64,000 nt of DNA from NCBI GenBank assembly GCA_039096225.1, contig JBBPEB010000022.1, positions 1-64,000 on the forward strand, given 5' to 3'. This DNA comes from Blastocystis sp. Blastoise (Eukaryota; Protista; Bigyra: Opalinata). The notes under the pieces are model-generated. The model was not told the DNA's origin. It ran no database searches and worked only from the letters and a program-made list of their open reading frames with translations. Each line of letters begins with the position of its first letter. Within the stretch, counting starts at the first letter, position 1. This document shows, in pieces, positions 38,016 to 53,895 of the stretch. The position numbers and the translations under genes were made by a program.

Positions 38016-41000
38016 TGTTATTTTTCTCCTGTTTTTTAATATTTTTTTTTACATATTATTATTATATATATATATTCTCTTTTTTAAATTCATTTTAATC
38101 CATTTTACTTTATACTTTTCAATTTTGACATTGCATACATATATCTAACTTTTTATAGTTTTTTTTAGACTTCCTCTTCTCAACAACAGTCAGAATGAGA
38201 ACAAAATCCATTTTAACTCGAGCAACTAAGTCATCTCAAAACTGTTTGAATCAATCAATATAGACGTGTATGTCATAATTTATCATTTTAAACTGATTTT
38301 CAACTCTCAAAAGTAAACAAACCAAACACACATGTTGACTTTTAAACGTTAAACTCAGTATTAAAAGGTTATTTTTATAGAGTAGACATAAAACATTGAT
38401 TTAAACAAAAATGAATGGAAACAATCAACTCTTGATACAACTTTGCCATTTGACAAAACACTCATCCACAATATTTTCCAAAGTTCTTTTAGTAAAGTGT
38501 TTATATATACATGTTATGTATAAAATGAAAGTCAACTTCTTGAATCTCTTTGTTTAAGACACGCTTTAAAACATTTTGACAAATTGACAACCTTTAACTG
38601 GTTATTTAAAGTTGATATTTTAAGAGTAAACTTGATTTAGACCCTTAAACACAACTGGCATCACCATAACACTTTTAAAGACACTTTACCATTTGGTCAT
38701 ACACTTTGATCAAAACATTTTCGTCCCTTCTTTTAATATAATATAGATCATACACTCTAGTTTAATGAATAAACACTCAAATATTGAATCTCGTCCTCTA
38801 AGTTACTCATTTTTACATTTTTTTAAATTAAGACCCTTAGAGTTGATTTTTTGACTCAATTTTTCTACAGTGCACGAAATTCACGATTTTGCTCAAACTG
38901 AAGTAAAAATAAATTTTAAATAATAGTCACAACCCTTCACACATCCACTCTCTAAAAATTATTTTCTTTGTACTTTTGATATGTTGTAGAGCTACTACAG
39001 CTGTACACTAATTAATATCTCTAAATTTTTTATTCATAGTTTAAGACTATGTTTTACACATTCTTTTGAATTTGACAACCTTAAACTATTTATTTAAAGC
39101 TCTTATTCATAGAATTGACTTGACTTAACATTTGAAACACATATAGACACCCTTTTACTTTTTAAGACACATTTTGTCATTTGGTGATACACTTTGACCA
39201 TCATAATTTTGACTTTCCTTTTAACATAGTATAGAGTATTATCTCTAGTTTACTAAACAAAAGTCATTATATTGAATCTTATCCTCTAAGACCACTTAAT
39301 TCACATTTTTCAGAATTGTGACACTCAAACTCATTATTTTAAGACTCTGTTTTAACTATAGTAGTTTGAGGACCTATTGATTACAATACTGTAATATTAG
39401 TCGATTATAAGAAGATCAAAGAAAATATCGATCACTCAAAAATCGTCCTCAGGAGCTCAAAATTGGTACACCTAGGTTTTTTGACCTCCTGAATCAGAAT
39501 ATGATGTCAAATTAAGAATCTAAATTTGACCGTTAAGGCCTCACGTGTTCAATATGAAAAAGTATTAAAAAATAGATAAATATAAAGAATAAACACGGAT
39601 AACGTATATTGTGGGATTGAGAAAAAATCAAGTTTACCCCATGTTTATTTTCCAATTGTCTGGTCAACAATTTTTATCGGGACGATCCCAAAGAGCCAAT
39701 CAAAAACGACTCAAAAATCATGTTTTCTGTTCTTTTATTAATAACTTTTTAATTATAAACAATATCGCTTAACCAAATATATGGTGCACAACTACATGTT
39801 ATATCCTATTGAACTGTGTTTCAACCAAAAGTTAACTCCCCGTAAGTTTAGAGGAGTTGTGGGTACAAACTATAGTATACCTTAACCAATCAAATGCATT
39901 TTCCAAAAACTGACCAATGGGAATTTTTTTGCCTATTCTCATATATATAGTAATGATATGAGAATAGGCAAAAAAATTCCCATTGGTCAGTTTTTGGAGA
40001 ATGCATTTGATTGGCTACTATATACTATAGTTTGTCGCCGCAACTCCTCTAAACTTACGGGAAGTTAACTTTTGGTTGAAACACAGTTCAATAGGATATA
40101 ACGTGTAGTTGTGCACCGTATATTTGGTTAAGCGATATTATTTATAATTAAAAAGATATTAATAAAAGAACAGAAAACATGATTTTTGAGTCGTTTTTGA
40201 TTGGCTCTTTGGGGTGACCCCGATAAAAATTGTTGACCAGACAATTGGAAAATAAACATGGGGTAAACTTGATTTTTTCTCAATCCCACAATATACGTTA
40301 TCCGTGTTTATTCTTTATATTTATCTATTTTTTAATACTTTTTCATATTGAACACGTGAGGCCTTAACGGTCAAATTTAGATTGTCAATTTGACATCATA
40401 TTCTGATTCAGGAGGTCAGAAAACCTAGGTGTAGCGATTTTGAGCTCCTGAAGACGATTTTTGAGTGATCGATATTTTCTTCGATCTTCTTATAATGGAC
40501 TAATATTACAGCATTGTAATCAATAGGTCATCAAACTACTATAGTTAAAACAGAGTCTTAAAATAATGAGTTTAAGTATGACAATTTTGAAAAATGTGAA
40601 TTAAGTGGTCTTAGAGGACAAGATTCAATACAATGACTTTTATTTAGTAAACTTGAGATATTACTCTATTCTATGTTAAAAGGAGAGTCAAAATTATGAA
40701 GATCAAAGTGTATGACCAAATGACAAAATGTGTCTTAAATAGTAAAAGGGTTTCTATATGTGTTTAGAATCATGTATTAAGTATATTCTATGAATAAGAG
40801 CTTTAAATAAATAGTTTAAGGTTGTCAAATTCAAAAGAATGTATAAAACATAGTCTTAAACTATGAATAAAAAATTTAGAGATATTAATTAGTGTACAGC
40901 TGTAGTAGCTCTACAACATATCAAAAGTACAAAGAAAATAATTTTTAGAGAGTGGATGTGTGAAGGGTTGTGACTATTATTTAAAATTTATTTTTACTTC

Positions 41001-41879
41001 AGTTTGAGCAAAATCGTGAATTTCGTGCACTGTAGAAAAATTAACTTCAAAAATCAACTCTAAGGGTCTTAATTTTCAAAGATGTAAAAATGAGTGACTT
41101 AGAGGACGAGATTCAAAATTCCGCCTCACTTTCATATAACTAGACCACACAGTCTATATTATGTCAAAAGAAGGGACAAAAATATTTTGATCAAAGTGTA
41201 TGACCAAATGGTAAAGTGTCTTTAAAAGTGTTATGGTGATGACAGTTGTGTTTACATGTCTGAATCAAGTCTATTCTTTAAATATTAGCTTTAAATTGCA
41301 AGTTAAAGGTTGTCAATTTGTCAAACTGTTTTAAAGACTATCTTAAACAAAGAGATTCAAGAAGTTGACTTTCATTTTATACATAATATGTCTATATAAA
41401 CACTTTACTAAAAGAACTTTGGAAAATATTGTGGATGAGTGTTTTGTCAAATGGTAAAGTTGTATCAAGAGTGAATTGTTTCCATTCCTTTTTGTTTAAA
41501 TCAATGTTTTATGTCCACTCTATAAAAACTATCTTTTAATACTGAGTTTAACGTTTTAAAGTCAACATGTGTGTTTGGTTTGCTTACTTTTGAGAGTTGA
41601 AAATCAGTTTAAATTGATAAATTATGTCATAGACGTCTATATTAATTGATTCAAGCAGTTTTGAGATGACTTAGTTGTTTGAGTTAAAATGGATTTGTTC
41701 TCATTGTGACTGTTGTTGAGAAGAGGAAGTCTAAAAAAACTATAAACAGTTAGATATATGTATATAATGTCAAAATTTAAAAGGTATAATCTAAAAGAGA
41801 TAAAAATAAGTTTAAAAAAAGAGAAAATATATATATATATATAATATGTAAAAAATATTAAAGAAAAAGAAAAATAAGA

Positions 41880-41946
41880 CTTCATGTCAGGAATTGAACC
41901 TGAAAACAATCTATAATGATTGTTTCTCTCCTTCTGGAGCATAAAG
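41880..41946 (-). ncRNA. tRNA-like cloverleaf (5'-type, copy E)
   Basis: Same fold as 1922-1988. Confidence 0.7.
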
Positions 41947-42490
41947 GGAGTTTATAAATAATAATAATAATCAAATATATATATTTATATATATATAATA
42001 AGAAGGAAATGAAGTGGAAGGATGAGGAAGAAGGAAGTAGGAAGGATTAGGAAGAAGAAGTAAGAATAAGGAAGGATGAGGAAGAAGGATGAGAAAGAAG
42101 GAAGTAAGAAGAAGTAAGAATAAGGAAGGATGAGGAAGAAGGAAGAATCCAGAATGAAGAAGAAGTAAGTAAGAAGAATCAAAGATGAGGAAGAAGGAAG
42201 AAGGAAGTAGGAAGTAGGAAGCATGAATGAAGAATGAAATAGGAAGAAGGAAGCATGAATGGAGAAGGAAATAGGAAGAAGGAAGAAGGAATGAAGAAGG
42301 AAATAGGAAGAAGGAAGAAGGAAGAAGAAGGAAGGAAGAAGAAGTAAGTAGGAAAGATGAGGAAGAAGGAAGAAGTAAGAAGGAAGAAGAACGAAGATAG
42401 AAAGAAGAAAAAAAAACTAAGAAGAATATTAAACCTATATACAATAAATAAACATAATAAATAAATAAATAAATAAATAAATAATAAACA

Positions 42491-42540
<50 letters not shown>

Positions 42541-43328
42541 TAAATAAATAAACATATAAAAAAAATGAATAAATAAATAATAAATAAATAAATAAATAAT
42601 AAAAAAAAAGTAAACAATAAATAATAAAAATAATAAATAAAATATAAATATATACCTTTAAAATAACCTTGAACGACAGATTAAAGAAGGAAAATATTTA
42701 GCAACGAAGACCACAACACATCCATTAAAGTTTCTTTCCTATAGAATAAAAATTATTAATAATATATAGAATAAATTATATGTAAAGACTAAATAAATAA
42801 TATTGATAATAAAAATAATAAATAATAAAAACGAATTAACAAAAAGAAAAACAGATCTTAAGAAATAAATAATATATTTATATACCTGATCATAAATAAA
42901 CCATTTTACACAGCCAAGACCACTTCAAGAACACTTCAACACCACAACCAAGGAAAATACAAAAGAATCCTATAGAAAAGTGTATTATTTTAAATAAATA
43001 AATATATACATACAAATATATATAAAAATAATAACTAAACAATATCAAATAAATAAATAAAACATACTCAGTCAATCAATATAATTAAATATTTAAAAAA
43101 AGAGTAAAGAACTATGTTTTTTGGGTACCCAAAATGATTTTAAATAAGAATGACCCAATTATTACTTTAGTAACAAAATCAATAAAAAATTAAGGTTTTT
43201 TTTTATTTCTATTATGTTTAAAGAAGCATATTTTGAAAATAGACCCTATTATATTTATTAATACAAATGAAATAGGATTCTTAAATACATATTCAAATAC
43301 TTAATTGTATATTATATTATTAAATAAG

Positions 43329-44464
43329 ATGTCTGAAAACAACAAAATGTCATCCAGGAGGAGGCCTGGAAATAAAAAATAATTTATATTTCAAAGAAAA
43401 TCAGGTTCTTCTACTCAATAAAATCCAGTTGTGTATGCTCTTGGTCTTGGTGGTACTTGCTATGATGGTCTTTAAGGTTCTTCTATGCTATTTGAATTAT
43501 GCAGTGGTGGTGGTGTTGCCTGTTATGCTAACTGTGAAGGTTCTTCTGTTATTGTAAGTGATTCCAATAGTGATATCGGTGTTGATGTAGGTTCTTCTTG
43601 CTTTATAGATGGTATGTTACCAATCATTTATTTTTTTTTTATATTTTATTATTATTTTTTTATTATTTCTATATATATATAGGTTCTTCAGTTGTTGTAC
43701 ATGTTAACAGTGATGTTGATAATAGATGTCTGTGTGGTGTTGAAGGTATGTTGTCATTCATTTATTTCTTTTTTTACTTTTATATATATAGATTTGTTTT
43801 ATTGATGTAAATGTTGCTATGGATGTTGTTGGTGATCAGGTAGACTGCTCATATGATATTAAAGGTATATATATATTGTCATTCATTTATTATTATTTTT
43901 TTTTTATTTATTATTTGTCTATTACTGTTTCTTTATAGGTTATTCTACTGTTGTGGTTGTAGTTGCTGAACGTATTAATGATGAAGGTATGTCTACTTTT
44001 TAAATTTAATTTAGTTTATTATTATTTTTATCTTATATAGGTCGTTCTTTTCTTATGGAGTCTTGGATTAATAGTAATAATGATACAGGTATATTCTTAT
44101 TTCTTCCTTTCTTTTTTTTTTGATTTATTAATTATCTTTTCATTATATATAGGTTCTTCAAGTCAGTTAAGATATCATGGTGATTCCTCTGTTCCTTCTT
44201 TAGAAGGTATATATATATATTTATTGTTTATATATATTTTATCATTTATTATATTATATATAGGTGTCTTTTCTAATAGGGGATCTTATCACCCTAATGT
44301 TAGCTTTCATTTTAATAATAAAAATGTATCTAAAGGTATATATATATATATATAACAAATATTTATAATATTTCTTTTAATATATATATGTTAGATATAT
44401 TTATTATACTATCTCTTATTATATATATATATCTTTTATTTATATAGGTTCTCTTAGTTTTATT
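43329..44464 (+). pseudogene. Micro-exon array (copy E); introns 1-3 precisely absent
   Basis: Fusions at 43404/43405, 43476/43477, 43539/43540 relative to copy C. Confidence 0.85.
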
Positions 44465-45954
44465 GTTATGTTTAGATTTTTTTTTTTTTAGTTCTTTTTC
44501 TTTTTCTTTTGTTTATTATTATTATTATTTTTCACATTTAATAGCTTTCTATTATCTGCTTTCTTTATATTATTTATTTATTTATGCTGTTGTTATCGTT
44601 TTAGCTATTCTATATTTAAATGTTTTCTTTTGCTATTTTTGTTTTGTTCTTTTTTTTTTTTTTTATTTAAATTGTGTCGACTATTAAGATAATTCTTGAA
44701 ATACTTAGTATGTTAAATAGTGTCAAGTTTTTAAATATTTGAATTAAATTTTAAAACATTTATTGTCACTTTTAACACTGTATAGTATTACTGATTTAAA
44801 ACTGTCAATAATTGAGATATTTAAGTTTTGAGTTTCTCTGTTTACTAGCATTTATATTTACATAATTTTGTGAACGTATTAACTCATAAAAGTAACTTTA
44901 AGGTTGTAAAATAAAAAATATTATCTTAAAATAGGAGATTCGAAATTCTAATAGAAGTTTAATATATAATAAGCTAAATTCTACAACATATTAAAAAATA
45001 AGAGAATTTCATTTTTGAAAAGTGAATTAACAATGTGTTTGAGTTGTCTAGAAATTTTAAAGAGTTAGTATATTCTTTTAAAATTGTGTTTTCATTAGAC
45101 TATGAAAATTTTGACTTTTAAAAACAAGTTTAAAGGGATTAATATTTTTAAATGTAGAAATGAATTATCCAAAGGATGAGATTCAATATAAAATATTTTA
45201 TTTATCAAACTATGAATTATATTCTAAATTATATCAAAAGAAAGGACAAAAATACACTTGACAAAGTGTATGACCAAATGTAAAATGTTTATAAAGAGTG
45301 TCAAAATGGTGACTCTTATGTTGATAGAGTTATGATGAGTATAGTGTTATAATATTAGCTTTTAAAATTAATTATAAGTGTGTCAACCTTTCAAAATGTG
45401 TTAAAAATGATCTTGAAGTCAGAGATTCAAGACATTAAACTTGAATTAATAAATAAAATAATGAGATCTATACTATGTGGAAGTTATGTCTAAAACTATT
45501 TTGATACACTTGATATCGAAATGGTAAAGTCTCTCTAAAAGTAATATTGTTGACACTTTTGTGTTTAGAAATGCTATTTAGATTGAATTTATTAATATTA
45601 ATTCAAAAACTTTGTGTTTAAGTCGTTAAAGTCAAAATGAATGTTGACTTTGTTGTGTTAGATTTGTTTTATTTTTATGAAATGATTAAAATAAGTTTAT
45701 GCTATTTTATTATAATCTATTTAAAATGATTTTACAACATAAAAATATTTTTCAATACTTAACATTATGACCCATTTCTAAATTTATTACCTTTAGAAAC
45801 TCCATAATAATTAAAACAGTAATTTAACTATTTATAAATACAAAATATATTTTTAAAATAATAAATAACAAATATAATGATTCAAAAAGGATTTCTTATT
45901 TTCTTCAAGTATTGTTTTTAGTTTTTCAGATACTATTCAAATAATCTATTTAGT

Positions 45955-46022
45955 TCTTATATCAGGAATTGAACCTGATTACAATCAATAAATGATTGCT
46001 ACTCTCCATATAGAGTATAAGA
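45955..46022 (-). ncRNA. tRNA-like cloverleaf (3'-type, copy E)
   Basis: Same sequence as 31061-31128. Confidence 0.7.
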
Positions 46023-46966
46023 AGTGTTATTAAAATAATATATATAATATATAATATATAATATATAATAAGTAACATATTATAGATAATATTTAATAAA
46101 TAATATATATTATATAATATATAATATATAATATATAATAGATAAAAAGGAAAGAAAGTAAATAAAAACCAAACAGTTATTATTCATTGCAGCCGCGGTC
46201 CGGTGCCGTTAGGCCCCGGACCTGCGGCGTGACCCTAGTATATTAATATAAGCTTAGTCAATAACAAAATAATAAACAAAACAAGATTTTTTTTCTCAGT
46301 CATTTTTTTGGAAAAACCGGGTTTTTTCCAAAAAACCGGGTTTTCCCCATGAGTGTAAAATAACATTGATATAGTCATCATCTTTGTCATAAAACCCATT
46401 ACAATTGTTTTGAGCTACCCACGACACATAATCAGTAACATAATTGGACGGAACTCGTATAAAAGATGCTTTCGTTAAAGGGTTTATTACTCTGGTGTCT
46501 TTTGATCGTTTATAAAAGGTTTATTGACTAAATAAAACGTTCTGACAGTAATCATATTGTGAATCTGTTTGATAAACTTATTAAAATTCATACTTTGAAC
46601 TCTGTCAACTATTGCATTATAAATCTCGTCATAAGACTCCATAACACTCGTCAACAACGTCAAATATAGAATAATTAATATAAACAAAGAATTGTGTATT
46701 TTTTTCCCCTTAATTATTTTCTCTATAATTTACAACAATAAAAACACTGCCATTTTGTCAAGTTTATCGCGGTAATAATAGTACTCAAAAATAGACTGTC
46801 CTGAGTCAAGTTTTACAATTTAGAGCGTCCTGAGTCAATTATCTCTTCTGTTCTTACATATTCCCATGAATATGGCAAATTGTAGTAATTCCTTCTTTTA
46901 TTCTAATTGAAGAACTACAACTCGTAGCTAGTATATTTTGTGTTAGTTTTAAGAGTTTTGTGAGGA

Positions 46967-48886
<1,920 letters not shown>

Positions 48887-49296
48887 ACAAATATTATTTC
48901 TTATATATACATCGCTTCTCTATTGTATTTCTTATAATTAAGAGTAATATATTATACATAATTTTTAAGTTTTATTTTTGTTTTGTTAATAGTAAATAAT
49001 CCCTTTTTCTATCCAAATACTATACTACAAATAATATGACATTTATATTCTATTTTAATTTTTTTTTATATTTGAAAATATAATCACATTATTACTTATG
49101 CTATAGGTATTATCTAAAGAGAATACTTTTTCAAAACTAAATTCCATTATTACTACAAAATTGTCTATACGTTCATATAGTCGAAAATAAAACAAGCGAA
49201 TAACTAATTTATTACATAAAAAAATAAACTAAATAAACAAAATTTATGTATAGTATATAAACAACAAAAGAACTGAATGAAAAAATAAAAAAGAAT

Positions 49297-49380
49297 TGCC
49301 AGCTGTGGGGTTTGAACCCACGCATGCGTTCGCATAAGGGATCTTAAGTCCCCCTCCTTGGACCACTCGGACAAACTGGC
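49297..49380 (-). tRNA. tRNA-Leu (anticodon TAA)
   Basis: GCCAGTT..TGTCCGAGTGGTCCAAGG, anticodon arm GGGGA-CTTAAGA-TCCCT, long variable arm, GGTTCAAACC, T-run terminator. Confidence 0.95.
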
Positions 49381-49987
49381 TTGTAACTTTTATTTTTCTA
49401 ACTCTATTTGTACCATATTAAATAATTGTATGTCACAAATGCATCTCTTTTATTCTTCATTTTATTCAAATTTTATCAACATTAATTCTATTTGAAATCT
49501 ACAAATTATTAATATGAAATATATATTATGACTTCAATCGGAATATCTCTAGAATTAATTAAAATAAAAAAACGAATAACATCTTGTTGGTCAAATAAAT
49601 ACTACTGATGCATAAAATTATTAAATAAATGCTATAGAATACATATATCAATTTATAAACGTTTTTTAAGCATTCTTATGTACGAAAAAGAATTGAAAAA
49701 AAATAAAATTTTTGAATCACTCTTTGTATAAATTATTCATGTGTTATATCATTGTTTTTGGATTATAAACAAAAAATACGTTAATTATCTATATTTTGGA
49801 AAACATATTTTGTTTGTAGTTCATCAACTTTGTTTATTGAGGAAACGACAATAAATTACCATTTCATAATTACATTATTTTTTAACAATTCAAAATAAAA
49901 CTTTTCATATTACGTACGATACATGCGCATGAATTTGAGTTGATTAATCGAAATAAAAGCAAATGCATATTTTTTTTTACTATTTAC

Positions 49988-52816
49988 ATGGATTTAAAGA
50001 ACTTAATAAAAAAGAAAAAACTCGTTAATGAGTATGATCAAGCACAAAAAGTATTTACATATAAATATAATGTATGTTTGACAATATAGAATGTGATTGA
50101 TGGAAACTCTATTGATAATTTGAGTTCAGCAAATATTTTAAAATGGATGACAAACAGTGAAAACTTCAAAAACTCTACTTCTATGGCTATTGATGTTGAT
50201 AAGTATTTCATTTTTATCTCTGTTTCTATGTATAGCAACAAAGAATCTCAAAGTGAGGATATATCTCAATATGAGATTGTATTTAATAATACTGACATGA
50301 ATACACACAAAAAGAAGTATAAAAATAATCAATCCACTTCAAATCCTTCATTAATAAATGAAAATAATAAAATGGCTATCTGTAAAAAAGATATATCGGA
50401 TACAATAGGTCAATTTATTATTACAAATGAACAAACTTATGAATCCAATGTATATATTTTTTATTATAGGATACTATTGAGTGTTTTATACTAATACTAT
50501 TATTTAGTTCGATATAGGTAATTGTATTATCTATTGGGCAACAGATAGATTTTATGTAAAGAATAACATAGCTTTGTATTTAGCAATGGAAATCAGGTAA
50601 GCATTCATTATTGTAATAATAACAATATTCATTTTATTAAGAAATATTAGAATAAATTAAATATTAATATCTATATATAGTATGAAGATGAGTCTTCCCT
50701 TGTTAGTTATGTCTGTTTTTACTAATTTTATTGAAATCCCTCCAAAACCATCTCAAATACAATTATATTCTCAAATAATTCAATTCCGATGTGAATTATA
50801 CATTCATTTTATTCCTTATTTATGTGTTTTTACTGATGATATATATGATACTGTCACTAAATATATATCTATCTATAAACCTAAATATGTAATAACAGAA
50901 TATTCAACAAGTATTTCATACTCTTCTTGTCTTGAATTACTTCAGATCGATTTCCCGCGGTTAATTATTCAAGTATATCAAGACTTACTTGGTATTTCAA
51001 AGAAATGTATAGAGGGACAATTAAATACATGTATTTATTTAATTATATAATAATTGTGTAGCGTTTCAAATTATATATGTTTATATTAATAGTTATCTCT
51101 CTTTATGTTTAGTAACAGTATTTCCTTCTTCCTCAACTCTTTCTGCAATAACATCAACACTTTCTTCTTCTCTTCTTTCTCTCTCTAATCAATTATCAAT
51201 TTATACTCCTTCCTCTCTTCCTCTCTCTAGTCAACAGTATTTCTGGAAAAATCATGAATATATATCAATTTTAACAGACATAAACTCTATTTCCCTTGAT
51301 TCCCTGAATAGTTCTATCTATACATGTTTTCCTCTATTAAATACAATAGATCTATATAATAAAACTATAGAGTCTATTACTCGATCTATTCCTTCTATTT
51401 ATATTCCTGATGATACTATTCTAGAATGTGATTGGAGTCATATATATATGTATATACAAAGCATGAACAAGACACTTCATTTTGAGGGTAATCTATATAT
51501 ATATTGATATTGAATATATTTATATATATTGGTATTTAATTTTATTTTTCTCATTATTAGTATAGTATATGTATATTATAATTGAATATCTCTCTAGACC
51601 TTCTTTTTAGTGGTAGCGGATTATATACAGCGTCAATTGCTTTATCTTATCTGAATAATAATCAGTCAATTTCATCGCTTTATCATTATCTACATTTATC
51701 TCCTAATATTTATGTACATAAATCATCTATAGTAGAACTATATTCGTATATAAAGGATAATTCTATTTCTATATTTACAATAATGCAGTATTTTAAAGAT
51801 ATAAATGTATGATAATTATATATATTTATATTTCTTATATTCATAGAGTATATATAATACATTTGTTGAATGGATATCTAGTTATATGTTTTCGTTAATC
51901 TATGGTCAATCTTTATATAATAGTATATCTATAACTAGTTCTTTGTTAGTATTTATATATATATATATTTATATCATATATATAGAATATGGTATATATG
52001 ATATATATAATAGCATACCAAAAGAACAGATAATTATATTCAAAGAAATGACAGATAAGTTCTTAGATATACAGTATATTGAATTTATATAATTATATAT
52101 TATTATATCTACAATAGTTTATTATATAAAGTTTTTTTTGTATATTATTATTAAAGATTTATTTTTGTAATATATAACTATATATATAGTTATACTCCTT
52201 TAGATATAAAAGAAGGAACTATTCCAAATCAACTTTATAACTGTATAATTCATTTATACCAATTATATAATGTATATATATATTAAATAATCCTTATTTC
52301 AGCTTTATATTATTATTACATATATAATGTAATATATAAGTCTCTATAATATATATCTATATAATAATATATAGTCTATTCCATTTGTTTGTCGTGTTTA
52401 TATCATTCAATATCGAATTATATTTTTATTTCATATTCCTCCATATCTATTTATAAGACCTTTATTAGATCTATATACAGATAATACAAATATAAGTATA
52501 TACATATATTTTTTTAATTGTAATTTTGAAAATATCTATATAAACAATATATATTATATATTATATATTTAAAGTGATTACCTATGATATACTTACAGAT
52601 ATAATTCAAATTCTGACTATTATAGCAAATCATTATATTCAAAAAGTATTCTTTTATATATAATATTATATATGTATAGAAATATATAATTGATTCTACA
52701 GAAATAAAAAAGGTATATATTTCATAAAATACATACTTAATAGTATTATAATATAGATTATTCCAGATTTAAACAGTTTTTATCAGTATATAACAGAGTT
52801 GAAAAATAAAATATGA
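49988..52816 (+). CDS. Hypothetical multi-exon protein
   Basis: Successive coding-like exons (50093-50448, 50682-51030, 51092-51488 and others) bounded by GT/AG; last exon 52757-52816 ends in TGA; no recognisable motif. Confidence 0.6.
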
Positions 52817-53027
52817 ATAAATTTTTGTTTGTTTTTTGCTTTCATTTCATTTTATATATATTCAAAAAGTTAAATGATCAAAATAAATATTAAAAACATA
52901 CATATAAACATTCAACAAAACAATAGCTAACAAAGACAACATTTACAATATAATAAAAAAAAATGAAAAAGTTAAAAAGATACAGATAGACTGATAAAAA
53001 ATAATTACTATTTATAGAATAATAAAT

Positions 53028-53490
53028 TTATGAGTTTTTGACAGAGAAATAATTAAATATGGTGTTTTGTTTTGAAGGTGTTTGCTGATCATTTGTATTG
53101 ATTGAAGAAGATGTATTATTAACAATAGTAGAGTTATTTGATTCGTTATTAGTTTCTTTTCTTCGTTTTTTATTGGATATATTAGAATCTTTAATAGATC
53201 GTTTTTTCTTATTACTTGTATTTGAGTTTATAGAAGAAGGAGAAGAAGAAGAATAAGCTTGTTTAGTAGGTGTGACTAATAACATACTTACATCTTGATC
53301 TTCATCACTATCTTCTTGAATAATTTGTGTACCCGTAGTAGTTATATCATTATTATTCTTTATTATAAGATTTGTATGAATTCTATTTATTGTTGACAAA
53401 GTAGTTGAATCGTTACTTTGCTCTAAATCTGAATCTAAAATAGTAATTACTGGTGAGTTAGAATGAATAATCTCTTCTTCTTTAGAAGGT

Positions 53491-53533
<43 letters not shown>

Positions 53534-53801
53534 CTGAGATATTATTATTATCTGAGATATTATTATTATTAGATTGTATGGGAATAATTTCTTTGGTTTC
53601 TAAAACGACAGATGATTGTATACCTTTTTCTATAGGATGATTTTGACTATGTTCATTTACTAATTTATTAATTAATTCAATATCATTATGTTCTTCATTC
53701 ATCATTGTTTCTTCATCATTATCTGTTGAATCATGGAATGATGTTGATAATGTAGAATGAATTATACTATTTGATATAGTATTTTGAGAAGACAAAGTCT
53801 C

Positions 53802-53895
<94 letters not shown>

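Larger units (their letters stand above)
33390..39956 (-). mobile_element. Non-autonomous Helitron copy D
   Basis: Reverse-complement hairpin+CTAG at 33390; 5' TCATTACTATATATATGAG at 39956; A|T insertion. Confidence 0.95.
33377..46238 (+). mobile_element. Non-autonomous Helitron copy E, split after nt 13 by D (body 39957-46238)
   Basis: TCATTACTATATA (33377-33389) + TATGAGAATAGGC (39957-) rebuilds the family 5' end exactly; hairpin+CTAG|T at 46238. Confidence 0.92.

Noticed and set aside
33377-39956. TIR transposon with 13-bp inverted ends TCATTACTATATA
   Set aside because: Fully explained by inverted insertion of D into E's 5' end; no TSD
39900-40020. Assembly fold-back artefact at the palindrome centre
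   Set aside because: The arms differ by many substitutions, and the missing 13 nt of E are found exactly at 33377-33389
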